Shown here: positions 46,461 through 55,340 of the stretch, piece by piece
Layout of the letters: the number at the start of each line of letters is the position of its first letter
Position numbering within the stretch: position 1 is the first letter of the stretch
From: a virus
Direction: 5' to 3' (one strand)
Length of the DNA stretch: 64,000 nucleotides
Virus record (IMG/VR): IMGVR_UViG_3300043411_001118
Coordinates: 39,808-103,807 of that record
Made by a program: the position numbers and the translations under genes
The notes under the pieces: model-generated
Told to the model about the DNA's origin: nothing
Database searches by the model: none
What the model saw: the letters and a program-made list of their open reading frames with translations, nothing else

Positions 46461-46904
46461 TTATGATCCGTTTGTGAATCGTTCCCAATCAATCATGTTC
46501 TTAATCTGATATCCACGATTTTTCAGATTGAAGAATATGTTGTCTTCGATATATTTGATTTTTAAAGTCTGATCTTCCCTGCGCTTTAGCGCCTCGATGA
46601 TAACCGAATCTGAATCGATATACATGGGGAGACTTTGTTTACTGATTATTTTTTGGAATTTTGGCCAACCTAAACTAGTTAATTCAGCCAAAGATAAATC
46701 GCCCATATAATATTCTACTTTAGTCCGGTAGAGTATTTTATAGTCATGTTCGATGCGAGTCAGTTCTCGCTTTTCGATGATATACAGTTTGAAATATTTG
46801 TCGAAAACAATTGGAATTTTTCCGGCTTCGCTGGTCAGTAAATGCGGATCAATTTTCTTATCTTCATTCCATAATGTAAAAATTTCTTCGAATGATAAAC
46901 TCAT
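46461..46904 (-). CDS. uvsY: Recombination mediator
   Basis: W..D..ID, EYY.G, RGYQIKNMIDW..F..G. Confidence 0.9.
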   Translation of the reverse strand: MSLSFEEIFTLWNEDKKIDPHLLTSEAGKIPIVFDKYFKLYIIEKRELTRIEHDYKILYRTKVEYYMGDLSLAELTSLGWPKFQKIISKQSLPMYIDSDSVIIEALKRREDQTLKIKYIEDNIFFNLKNRGYQIKNMIDWERFTNGS

Positions 46905-47254
46905 AGCTGTCTGGCTCTTTCGGTTTTGATTATTTTGTTAATCCAGGTTCCCAATTTTGGATTATCAATTAGAACCGACACCAATCCATTTGTCAAACGT
47001 TCGACAGTTAATTCTTCTTCTTTAGCTTTCATTTTCACATCCCAGACTCGGAATACTGCATGAAAAATTTCATGTAAAATTGTATTGAGAAGTTCGATTG
47101 AGACTAGGCTTTCGTCGTAAACTATTTCGTAATTATTGTGGGAAAATTCCCCTTGGATTTTTCTTTTTTCGGCAGAGACTTTTGAGATTGGAGTCAGTTT
47201 ATATTTTGCATATCCCACTTTGAGACGCTTAATATTTCCTGCTCGTTTTCTCAT
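46901..47254 (-). CDS. Small HExxH metallopeptidase-like protein
   Basis: TILHEIFHA ... EE..V. Confidence 0.6.
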   Translation of the reverse strand: MRKRAGNIKRLKVGYAKYKLTPISKVSAEKRKIQGEFSHNNYEIVYDESLVSIELLNTILHEIFHAVFRVWDVKMKAKEEELTVERLTNGLVSVLIDNPKLGTWINKIIKTERARQL

Positions 47255-47748
47255 GTAGATTCTCTCCAGCTATAACGTAAGTATTTAAATGATACAGTAG
47301 AAATCGGGAACGGTAAATCTGACACGTCATTCTGAAGTTCTACACTAGTGATCGATGTCGGGAATAATGATTTATAATCGACGATGATATTAGAACGGCG
47401 TTTGTTTGATAGGATGGTCAGGGTTGCGTCCGAGAAAACCGTATTAGCGTCTTTTCTCAATTTATACTGGTTGTTATCTTCCCCGAACCCGTTCTCCCAA
47501 ATCCAGTCCCGAATTTTAAACCAGTTGACCAGATCCTCATCTACCTTAAAAGTGACAACCAAATCGTCCTGAGTAGGGCTATCCCCGGTCTCCGGAATCG
47601 GTACATTCTGGTTTGGAATCATTACTGGATTGATCGATACACCAGGCAAATTAACCCGCTGAACGAAGTACGGAAGCTCAGGCAGAATAGCAATTGATAG
47701 GGTATAGGCTGCACCCTGGAGATAGTTTAAATTGGCTGGAACACTCAT
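47251..47748 (-). CDS. gp3: Tail completion / tube terminator
   Basis: N.NYL, YFVQ.VNLPG, F.VDEDL.NW..I.DW, SDATL.IL; synteny. Confidence 0.85.
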   Translation of the reverse strand: MSVPANLNYLQGAAYTLSIAILPELPYFVQRVNLPGVSINPVMIPNQNVPIPETGDSPTQDDLVVTFKVDEDLVNWFKIRDWIWENGFGEDNNQYKLRKDANTVFSDATLTILSNKRRSNIIVDYKSLFPTSITSVELQNDVSDLPFPISTVSFKYLRYSWREST

Positions 47749-47767
47749 CAGCCATATTTAGAGTTAA

Positions 47768-47950
47768 CTAGCTCGATAGGTTTCTAAGATAAGTTACTAT
47801 TTCGTGTGCTGTCATTTGACCAATTAGAACACCATTTGGATCAAACAATAGTCTTTGTCCCACGATTTTTGGCTTGGTCGAATAACCAAGTTTTATCAAT
47901 ATCTCTTTTAGAGTCATGTCCGAGTCCAACATTTCATTAATATTTTCCAT
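47768..47950 (-). CDS. Hypothetical protein
   Basis: 60-aa coupled ORF. Confidence 0.5.
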   Translation of the reverse strand: MENINEMLDSDMTLKEILIKLGYSTKPKIVGQRLLFDPNGVLIGQMTAHEIVTYLRNLSS

Positions 47951-49047
47951 TATACACTAGCCTCCAATTGTTGGTTTTGAACTATAACTTCAGAAATCTT
48001 CGGTCGGGTTCCAAAGTAAATTCCAGTCTCTTTACCTTTAACGGTTATCTTCCCGGAAATCTTGTCTCCGACATTCAAATCCCATGCTTCTTTGATTGTC
48101 GTATTGAACCAAATCTTCCCATACTTTTCGTCGAGGATTGTTACCGCCCTTGTGTTGCCCCATTGTCCCTCGTTTGTGACCGCCTTCAAAACAGTCCCAG
48201 TGAAATCGATTTTTGTTTTTGGCTCAACTTCGATTCGAACAAAGGATTTGATTTTATAGTGTCTATCAACTTCTGCTAGAGCGATTGCTGTTACAATCAG
48301 TGTTGTATCCTTAGTTCTGAATCGTCCTAGTGCAATCTGACAATTATGCCAGAAGTTCGACCATTCAGCTTTTGACTTTTCTTCGACAAATTGTTCGGTT
48401 CGAGTCAAAATTTCGTCGTTTGTTTCTGACTTGTCCAAGGACGATTGAATCTCTTTTATATTCTCATCAGGACCACACATAAGATTTCTGACTATCTCGA
48501 TTGTTGGTTGTTGAAATGTTTCGAATGATTTTTTCCCAGAAACATATCCGTATTTTCTGACCACCCCAAGAGTGATTCTTGCTATGTCAGTGTTTCTAAG
48601 TTGGCCACTGTCGCCGCCGTATTCGTAATCTTCCTCGTTTATTTGTTCTTCGAAATTTTTAAACAAGTTCAGAAGTTTTTTGACTCGTGTTTCGCAGTTC
48701 AAGTTTTTCGCGCACGTTCCACCGACCTGAATTTGTTCTTTAGTTTCTCCTAATTCAAGAACGAAAATTTTAACACGATTATGTTTGACTCCGCATTTTT
48801 GGCAGAGTGTATAATCTACTGTCTCTAAAGATTCTTTAGTCCACCCAAATTTTGTGGTGAAGGAATTTGCCATCCCATCCTTTTCGGCCACAGCCAAAAT
48901 ACTTGGAAGATTTTCTGGTTGTTTGGCAACCACCGTGATCCACGCGACATTTCCGGTTTCATTACTGACCGTCAAAACTAATTCATTTTTCTCGGCCAAG
49001 ATTTTCGCGGCCTCTAAAGAATCTCTGTAAATTTGATACTGTTTCAT
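47950..49047 (-). CDS. Early hypothetical protein with Cys/His zinc site and possible C-terminal OB fold
   Basis: CQKCG..H.R ... VGGTC; GGAGG RBS. Confidence 0.65.
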   Translation of the reverse strand: MKQYQIYRDSLEAAKILAEKNELVLTVSNETGNVAWITVVAKQPENLPSILAVAEKDGMANSFTTKFGWTKESLETVDYTLCQKCGVKHNRVKIFVLELGETKEQIQVGGTCAKNLNCETRVKKLLNLFKNFEEQINEEDYEYGGDSGQLRNTDIARITLGVVRKYGYVSGKKSFETFQQPTIEIVRNLMCGPDENIKEIQSSLDKSETNDEILTRTEQFVEEKSKAEWSNFWHNCQIALGRFRTKDTTLIVTAIALAEVDRHYKIKSFVRIEVEPKTKIDFTGTVLKAVTNEGQWGNTRAVTILDEKYGKIWFNTTIKEAWDLNVGDKISGKITVKGKETGIYFGTRPKISEVIVQNQQLEASV

Positions 49048-49068
49048 ATTCCCTCCATCAACAAATAT

Positions 49069-49098
49069 AAGATAACATAAATTAACAAAACTTGTCAA
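49069..49098 (-). promoter_or_regulatory. Early promoter
   Basis: TTGACA-agttttgttaatttatgt-TATCTT. Confidence 0.65.
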
Positions 49099-49101
49099 AT
49101 A

Positions 49102-49365
49102 TTATTTTTGACAATATAGCTCCAATTCAAGCTTTTCATATTCAGCCCCAGAAGCGTAGACATCCCTCTGAATGGATACCAGATAGGCTTTTAATGCTGG
49201 ACTAATGAGAATAGAACCTTGGTTTATTTTAACAGCAACGTATCTAACGTAGCTGTTGTAGGTACAGATTACATCCGATACCTTAATTTTTTGTTCCGGA
49301 TATTTTCTTTTGGTGAGAAGGAATACCAGCCGTTCATATCGTTTTCGCGTCAATAATCTTTTCAT
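49102..49365 (-). CDS. Early hypothetical protein
   Basis: GGAGG RBS; own promoter. Confidence 0.6.
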   Translation of the reverse strand: MKRLLTRKRYERLVFLLTKRKYPEQKIKVSDVICTYNSYVRYVAVKINQGSILISPALKAYLVSIQRDVYASGAEYEKLELELYCQK

Positions 49366-49389
49366 ATGCCCTCCGTTGGTTACATACAT

Positions 49390-49419
49390 ATGATGACATA
49401 AATCATCCAAACGTGTCAA
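49390..49419 (-). promoter_or_regulatory. Early promoter
   Basis: TTGACA-cgtttggatgatttatgt-CATCAT. Confidence 0.65.
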
Positions 49420-49534
49420 CTAAATTGTAAGAAAAACGCACCGAATTTCTTACACGGATCTATTCAGGACTCTATTCAAAATTGACTTAAGCAAACGATG
49501 TTCTTAAAGAATATCTATTCACTTAGTAATTCAA

Positions 49535-49762
49535 TTAATGAATTAATCCGTTTGTTATATTATCCATCTCGGCGCGAATCTGATCTAGTTTGATTGCTTT
49601 CACAATTCCGAACTCTACCATTTCTGCGAGCGTAGCTCCAGAGTTTTTCATCTCAGTAAAAATTTCGTCGTATAACGCATCAGCCGTTTTTTGATCTAAG
49701 TTCATTAGTGCGATCATTAATGCGGTTGATAGTTCAGATTCTCTTTGACTTACTTTTCTCAT
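49535..49762 (-). CDS. Hypothetical protein
   Basis: 75-aa ORF with AGGA RBS. Confidence 0.6.
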   Translation of the reverse strand: MRKVSQRESELSTALMIALMNLDQKTADALYDEIFTEMKNSGATLAEMVEFGIVKAIKLDQIRAEMDNITNGLIH

Positions 49763-49776
49763 GACATCCTTTTCAT

Positions 49777-49807
49777 AAAAGGACCGGGAGAATTTCTCCC
49801 CCGGCCC
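49777..49807 (-). terminator. Possible intrinsic terminator
   Basis: GC-rich stem-loop followed by TTTT. Confidence 0.55.
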
Positions 49808-49896
49808 ATATTTTATACTACATGTAATTGTGAGGCTAGATATAAAATCCCCACAAAGCTAGTTCCGTAAAGAACAAATTTAATTATCTCGTTCAT

Positions 49897-50196
49897 TTAC
49901 TTCACCTCAGTTTCACTAGGCTTTCCAAAAAGTCCATCAAGCACACCAGTTCGGCGCGTGATCTCAACTTCTTGTTGCTTTCTGGAAATCCAGTAAGCAG
50001 TATCCTTATCAGCAGTAGCCTTACCATTGGTGATAAGTCCATTTGCTGCATCTCCGAATGCTCTAATCCCGGCAGCGTCACCTGCTAACATGACGTGGCC
50101 CTCTCCAAATGGTGATGGCGTATACGCAACACCACAAGCAGACAGGATACACGCGAGAATTCCCGCGAATAATGTAATTAACAATGTTTGAACCAT
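49897..50196 (-). CDS. Small lipoprotein
   Basis: MVQTLLITLFAGILACILSAC lipobox; AAAGG RBS. Confidence 0.7.
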   Translation of the reverse strand: MVQTLLITLFAGILACILSACGVAYTPSPFGEGHVMLAGDAAGIRAFGDAANGLITNGKATADKDTAYWISRKQQEVEITRRTGVLDGLFGKPSETEVK

Positions 50197-50333
50197 AATT
50201 AACCTTTCAAAAAACCGGGCATAATTGCCCATTTAAAACGGAGCCTAATTGCTCCTTGCCCAAATCGTCCCTGGACAATCTCGGCAAGCTCAACCATCCC
50301 ACATATTAACTATCGACACATCTCCAAAAAACT

Positions 50334-50552
50334 TTAGATCTTTCCCATCAAATCCATGATAACTACTTCTCTAAGATCCATGTGAAAAGCCAGTTCCCGA
50401 ATCTCGTGTAATTTAACAAACTCCCTCATCAATCGTTGAGTCGTTTCTAAATCCTTGAAGGTGAATCGATTCGATTTATCTTGCTTGACCGCTTGCTCGA
50501 TGTGCAGCGCCAATGAAATCAAATCAACTTTATCGCTTGTAGTTCTATACAT
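50334..50552 (-). CDS. Hypothetical protein
   Basis: GGAG RBS before MYRTT. Confidence 0.55.
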   Translation of the reverse strand: MYRTTSDKVDLISLALHIEQAVKQDKSNRFTFKDLETTQRLMREFVKLHEIRELAFHMDLREVVIMDLMGKI

Positions 50553-50554
50553 TT

Positions 50555-50758
50555 TTACTCTCCAAATCCTATACATTCAACAATTGCCGGTTCCAATTGC
50601 AATGCCCTTGTCAGCATTTCGAATATCTCTTTTTGATCGCTAGAAGTGACTATCTCGGTTTGAACTCCAAAATCTTCACTAAGAAAACTTAGTTCGTAAA
50701 AAAATTCTTCACGAACGTCATCATAAATTTTCTCTAAAACTATTTTTTCGTATGACAT
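50555..50758 (-). CDS. Hypothetical acidic protein
   Basis: GAGG RBS. Confidence 0.6.
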   Translation of the reverse strand: MSYEKIVLEKIYDDVREEFFYELSFLSEDFGVQTEIVTSSDQKEIFEMLTRALQLEPAIVECIGFGE

Positions 50759-50760
50759 AA

Positions 50761-51000
50761 TTATTCCTCAAAAGTGTGTTTGGATTTATTGAGAATGTAG
50801 TCTTGGCATTGTGTAATATTCTCTGAAGGAAGACCGAAGTTTCCCAATATTTGACTTGTTCTCTTTAGTTCTGAGACTGAACGAGTTACTGACGTTGGTT
50901 CGTTTAAGAAATATTTTCGTTGTGCTAAGATAAATAGTTTTACGACCGGTTTGAATCGACTGGTCATATCCAGGGAACTAATTAATTTTCCAATCGTCAT
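50761..51000 (-). CDS. Early hypothetical protein
   Basis: AGGAG RBS before MTIGKL. Confidence 0.6.
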   Translation of the reverse strand: MTIGKLISSLDMTSRFKPVVKLFILAQRKYFLNEPTSVTRSVSELKRTSQILGNFGLPSENITQCQDYILNKSKHTFEE

Positions 51001-51030
51001 GATGTATCTCCTATCAATCTTTACTTCTAT

Positions 51031-51060
51031 ATGATGCCACAATCTTTCCAAATGTGTCAA
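51031..51060 (-). promoter_or_regulatory. Early promoter
   Basis: TTGACA-catttggaaagattgtgg-CATCAT. Confidence 0.6.
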
Positions 51061-51069
51061 CTATTTTCA

Positions 51070-51098
51070 TTGAAATTATTGGAAACAGTGTTTATAAT
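51070..51098 (+). promoter_or_regulatory. Sigma70-type promoter for hsp20 (divergent)
   Basis: TTGAAA-N17-TATAAT. Confidence 0.65.
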
Positions 51099-51133
51099 AG
51101 TAAGTGCCTAATTTTTAAGGGAGATAACTAAAG

Positions 51134-51544
51134 ATGAATATTAGAACAATATTTGGAAATGATTATAAAGACTTACTCAATGGGTTTGGACCTACTGTAT
51201 TTGACTGGAAAGAACCAGCCGAAAAACCGTATCCAATCGAGGCATATGAGTCGGAGACTGGTTATATTTTGAGGATCGATGTTCCGGGTACACTTAGAGA
51301 AAACATCGATATAGAGGCTAATAGAGATAGTCTCAAAGTGTCATTTAAACGGAGTAGAGACACCCCAATGGAATTCAAGTCGATTTCGTTTGAAACCAAG
51401 AATGTGACGGCTATTGACCGGACTGTATATTTTAAACCAAAAATCGACCCCGATACGGTTGAGGCAAAATTGGTTGATGGTGTTCTTGAAATATCAGTTA
51501 AGAAAATTGTTTCGGAATCAAAAAAGAAAATTCTGATTTCCTGA
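51134..51544 (+). CDS. Small heat-shock protein (Hsp20/alpha-crystallin)
   Basis: DVPG...ENIDI, A.L.DGVL.I, C-terminal I-x-I. Confidence 0.9.
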   Translation: MNIRTIFGNDYKDLLNGFGPTVFDWKEPAEKPYPIEAYESETGYILRIDVPGTLRENIDIEANRDSLKVSFKRSRDTPMEFKSISFETKNVTAIDRTVYFKPKIDPDTVEAKLVDGVLEISVKKIVSESKKKILIS

Positions 51545-51571
51545 TAAATAGTAAAGCTAATGGAAATTTTT

Positions 51572-51612
51572 AATCCCTTGCACGTCCTCCAATGTGCAGG
51601 GGATTTTTATTT
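51572..51612 (+). terminator. Intrinsic terminator after hsp20
   Basis: ATCCCTTGCAC...GTGCAGGGGAT followed by T-run. Confidence 0.7.
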
Positions 51613-51634
51613 GTGTTTGATGATCAGATAGCAC

Positions 51635-51665
51635 AAATAGAAACGGGACGATTTCTCGTCCCGTT
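51635..51665 (-). terminator. Intrinsic terminator after gp23
   Basis: AACGGGACGA-GAAA-TCGTCCCGTT followed by TCTATTT. Confidence 0.75.
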
Positions 51666-51690
51666 CATTAACCAATTAAGTCATTTCGAA

Positions 51691-53007
51691 TTACATCAAA
51701 TTCTTGATGTCGATAATTCTCATGTACTTGTTAGTGTTATATGTCAGTGCGCCGTCGATTGTCGATGTAGCAAACGGATTTGATACAACAGCATATCGAG
51801 TCCGGAATCCCATTTTTGGTTGGAAGCTCGACGGATCAATTGCACGAGACAATTCAAGTGGCACGTACGGACAAAAATATATGCCAGCATCCATTTCGTT
51901 GTTCCCTTTGTACACGATACATGCATAGTTCAATGCAGCACTTGGTACATAAGGATCAACGAACACTTTAAATCTCTTGTTGAGTGTACCAACAAAAGTA
52001 TTTTGGGTGTCGCCATCATGTGACAAACTATCTTCTAGTTTGCTGTCATCCAAGAGACCAGCAATCGACAGAGCCGATGCAACATCCGAAGAACAGAGGA
52101 TGTTGTTTCCACGTCCACGTCGAGTATCTTTAGCAATGTGGTTCGCTTCTCTTTCAAGCTGAAACATCAAGCCTTTGATTTTTTCTTCCATCCATCGACC
52201 GTTTGAGTCAGCGTCTAGATCGAATTCACCGGCAACCGCTGTATTGTGTTGAGCACCTTTTTTAGCGTTGTTGTAAATACGTCGAATAAACTCTCTGTTC
52301 ATTTCGGTATTGATTTCAGTTGACAGGATATTCATCAATTCTGATTCAGCATCAAGACCATGAACGTTCTTCAAGTCTTGCTGAATTTCCATTGTCCACT
52401 CGGCTTTTAGTGCGCGAGTTTTTGCTGTCGCAGTAACTTTGTCGATGGAAATCGCCATTTCAGCCATTGTTCCACCGCCAGAGGTTCCGAGTGCTTCACC
52501 GTCAGCAGTATCCATTGCTGTTCCGGGTTTGTAATCGTTCGCTCCAGTTTGACCAGCAGGAGTAGTTCCAGCTTGTGTTCCTGTTCCGGAAAATACTGTA
52601 TTAGCTTCGTCATACAGAGCCTCTGTTCCACCCTGAGTCGAATATTTTGCACGTAGCGCGAACACCAGGCCCGTAGGACCGGACATTGGTTGGTTCCCCA
52701 TGAGGTCAGTGCTCAGGAGGTTCGGCATTGCACGTCGAACAAGTGAAATGAGGATTGGATCATAACCCTTCAGGTTTGTGTTCGTAGGAAACGCACCAGA
52801 TTGGTTAGCATGAGCCGCTTCACCCAACATATCTCCACCAGAGATTTTGTTGAAGTTGTGTTGGCTTTCTAGCATTTGAGCAACAATAGCTTTGCGCTCA
52901 AAACTCTTGATGGCAGGTAATCCTTCCATCTCCAAAAGTGGCTTCCACTTTTGAACCAATCGCTCTTTCTTAGAATTGATTTGCTGTATTTCTTGTTCAA
53001 TTAACAT
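51691..53007 (-). CDS. gp23: Major capsid protein
   Basis: KW.PLLE, LVRRAMP, QPMSGPTGLVFA, RALKA, CPYVPL, FQPKMGF.TRY. Confidence 0.98.
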   Translation of the reverse strand: MLIEQEIQQINSKKERLVQKWKPLLEMEGLPAIKSFERKAIVAQMLESQHNFNKISGGDMLGEAAHANQSGAFPTNTNLKGYDPILISLVRRAMPNLLSTDLMGNQPMSGPTGLVFALRAKYSTQGGTEALYDEANTVFSGTGTQAGTTPAGQTGANDYKPGTAMDTADGEALGTSGGGTMAEMAISIDKVTATAKTRALKAEWTMEIQQDLKNVHGLDAESELMNILSTEINTEMNREFIRRIYNNAKKGAQHNTAVAGEFDLDADSNGRWMEEKIKGLMFQLEREANHIAKDTRRGRGNNILCSSDVASALSIAGLLDDSKLEDSLSHDGDTQNTFVGTLNKRFKVFVDPYVPSAALNYACIVYKGNNEMDAGIYFCPYVPLELSRAIDPSSFQPKMGFRTRYAVVSNPFATSTIDGALTYNTNKYMRIIDIKNLM

Positions 53008-53046
53008 TTTTTTCTCCGGTTCCTAAAATCTATATTTCGTAATGTT

Positions 53047-53053
53047 TATTTAG
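53047..53053 (-). promoter_or_regulatory. Late promoter (CTAAATA) for gp23
   Basis: Intergenic motif followed by GGAG RBS. Confidence 0.7.
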
Positions 53054-53070
53054 ACTTTCAAAAATTTCAT

Positions 53071-54606
53071 TTATCGAACTGTACCTTTAATGACTTTTGC
53101 CAATGCTGAAACTTCTGAATCGACAGCCGCTTCTTCTTTAATAAGCGAGCCGTTACCCAATGCAGTTTCTAGCAATTGCTTGCCCTTAGAGGTTTTCTTC
53201 GAACTGTATACTTCCTTGAGTTGGTTAATATTTTTAACAAACTCTTCTTTTGTTTTTGTCGAAACTTGTTCCATCAATGGTCGAAGTTTTGACTGTTCAG
53301 AAAGTGGAAGATCCTTAATGGATTTTTCGATCAATGAACGTTTCTGTTCTTTGATGATGCGAAGTTTGAGTTTTTTATTTTCTTTTGTTAAAGAAATTTG
53401 ATTCTCAAGTTCTTCGTTCAATTTTTTCTTCAGTTGCTTAGTTTCAGCAATTTTTTGTTCTGCTAAATCTAATTTGTTATCTGGAAGATTAATATTGTGA
53501 TTCGAAAATACTACTTGAAGATCGCGCACAACACCTTCAGCAAGTTCAGAAACTAGTCCCGCTTGAAGCGCAACTCTGTTTTCTTTAGCCCACTGAGTGG
53601 TAACGTGATCGAGGTATCGATCTAGAGCTTCGGTGAGCGTACCCATCTGACCCTTGATCGCTTCGTTCAATTTCTTCTTGAAGACTTTGTTCAGTTTTGA
53701 ACAATGACTCTTAAGAGTAGTTTCATAAATCAGACTTGCTTTTTTCTTGAAGTCAGATTCAGAAAGAGAATTTTTGCCCTTAACAATAACGGCAATATCT
53801 TCCTGGATACTCTTTGGGAGTTCGACTTCTAGTTCTTTTTCATCATCTTCAGACAATTTTTCTTCGTCTTCGTCGCCTTCAGCTTCAACGACTTTCTTTT
53901 CTTCCTCGTCATCACCTTCAGCTTCAACTACTTTCTTTTCTTCCTCATCGTCACCTTCGGCTTCGGAGACTTTCTCTTTGTCTTCCTCGTCTTTTTTAGC
54001 AAAAGGATTTTCGCCCTCATCGACTTTCTTTTCTTCCTCATCTTCGGCTTCCGCGAATGGCTTATTTTTATCGCCATCATCTCCAGCCTTATCAGAAATT
54101 TCATCGTCAGAAATTAGATCTTTTTTATCGCCGTCAACTTCGACTTCATCTTCTTCGGTTGAGATCGACCAATCGATAAGTTTTTCTAATTCTTCATCGT
54201 CATCTTCGCCTTCGGAGACTTTCTCTTCATCGTCTTTTTTAGCGAATGGGTTTCCGGCTTCATCGACTTTCTTTTCTTCCTTGTCATCACCTTCAGCTTC
54301 GACAACTTTCTCTTTGTCCTCTTCGTCTGAATCAGCTTCGGCTAGTTTTTCTTCGTCTTCGTCGCCCTCAGCTTCGACAACTTTCTTTTCTTCCTCATCG
54401 TCGCCTTCAGCTTCAGCAACAGGTGCTTTACCAACGGCGGCAGCAGCTTTTTCGCTAGCTGGATCATTTTCGATAGTAGTGGCATCTTTACCGATACCAG
54501 CACTGTATTTTCCTTGGGCCGCAAGTTCGGCTTCATTAAGCTCCTTTAACAGCGAGGCTGTTTTAGTTAGTGTCGATTTGCTCAGTGCCGGTCTTAGATT
54601 AGCCAT
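53071..54606 (-). CDS. gp22: Prohead core scaffold with expanded acidic repeats
   Basis: LSE.DFKKKA..I.E, LD.YL......W..EN; synteny. Confidence 0.9.
   Translation of the reverse strand: MANLRPALSKSTLTKTASLLKELNEAELAAQGKYSAGIGKDATTIENDPASEKAAAAVGKAPVAEAEGDDEEEKKVVEAEGDEDEEKLAEADSDEEDKEKVVEAEGDDKEEKKVDEAGNPFAKKDDEEKVSEGEDDDEELEKLIDWSISTEEDEVEVDGDKKDLISDDEISDKAGDDGDKNKPFAEAEDEEEKKVDEGENPFAKKDEEDKEKVSEAEGDDEEEKKVVEAEGDDEEEKKVVEAEGDEDEEKLSEDDEKELEVELPKSIQEDIAVIVKGKNSLSESDFKKKASLIYETTLKSHCSKLNKVFKKKLNEAIKGQMGTLTEALDRYLDHVTTQWAKENRVALQAGLVSELAEGVVRDLQVVFSNHNINLPDNKLDLAEQKIAETKQLKKKLNEELENQISLTKENKKLKLRIIKEQKRSLIEKSIKDLPLSEQSKLRPLMEQVSTKTKEEFVKNINQLKEVYSSKKTSKGKQLLETALGNGSLIKEEAAVDSEVSALAKVIKGTVR
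53850..54420. repeat. Imperfect repeats encoding EAEGDDEEEKKVV units in gp22
   Basis: About 10 degenerate copies in the translation. Confidence 0.8.
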
Positions 54607-54632
54607 TTACGTTTCTCCAGAAAAACTAAATT

Positions 54633-54639
54633 TATTTAG
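54633..54639 (-). promoter_or_regulatory. Late promoter (CTAAATA) for gp22
   Basis: Intergenic motif. Confidence 0.65.
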
Positions 54640-54662
54640 TGTTGTTATTACTTTGAAGTATC

Positions 54663-55340
54663 TTAAAATTTCCCCATTCGATGTTTTCCCATTAAAATAT
54701 CAGCGAAAATCTTCAAATAGGTTGCGTTCTTTTTTTCCTCGTTCATCGTCAAAGATGCGGCATTTATGGTCTTTTTTAGCTTCTTTGCTTCTGTTTCTGT
54801 GAGGATGCCGTTTTCAAAAAGGTATTCTTTACATTCGAGAATTCCATTAACAAATGCTTCTGGTGCAGATGGATCAGAAACGATGTCAATTGTTGATAAC
54901 CACAAATCTTCCTGGACGATATCGACTCCATTTTCATTTGCTCGAAGTGATCCCAATGCCCTGGATGAAACACCAATCTGTACATTGTCTTTCAGAAGTG
55001 CTTTGACAATATTTCCTACAGGAGTATCTAAAATTTTTGCTTTACCAATGTAATTCGCGCCCTCTTTGTGGAGAGAAACAATCTTGTGTGACGCTCGTTC
55101 GTAATTAATTCGTGGGCTGTCTGGATGATTTAATTCTCCGACCGCTAAGTTAGTTAGAATTTTTTCTTGGACGAATTGTTGAACGGCTTTATCCATGATT
55201 TTTTCTGGATAAATTCTTCCGTTTCGATTTTGAACATCGGCCTGAAGGAAAATTCCCTCGATGTAATAACTGACTTCTCCACCTTCGTTTGCTTCAACGA
55301 GTGGTTTAACAGAATCAATACGTTCAACAATCAGTTTCAC
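54663..55340 (-). CDS. gp21: Prohead protease
   Basis: NRNGRIYP, GELNHP, GVSSRALGS, DIVSDPSAP. Confidence 0.97.
   Translation of the reverse strand: MKLIVERIDSVKPLVEANEGGEVSYYIEGIFLQADVQNRNGRIYPEKIMDKAVQQFVQEKILTNLAVGELNHPDSPRINYERASHKIVSLHKEGANYIGKAKILDTPVGNIVKALLKDNVQIGVSSRALGSLRANENGVDIVQEDLWLSTIDIVSDPSAPEAFVNGILECKEYLFENGILTETEAKKLKKTINAASLTMNEEKKNATYLKIFADILMGKHRMGKF

Noticed and set aside
49048-51060. ORF-track TTG starts at 49098, 49419 and 51060
   Set aside because: They coincide with the TTGACA -35 boxes; downstream ATGs have clear RBSs
53747-54802. 351-aa Ser-rich plus-strand ORF
   Set aside because: Antisense shadow of the Glu/Asp-rich repeats of gp22
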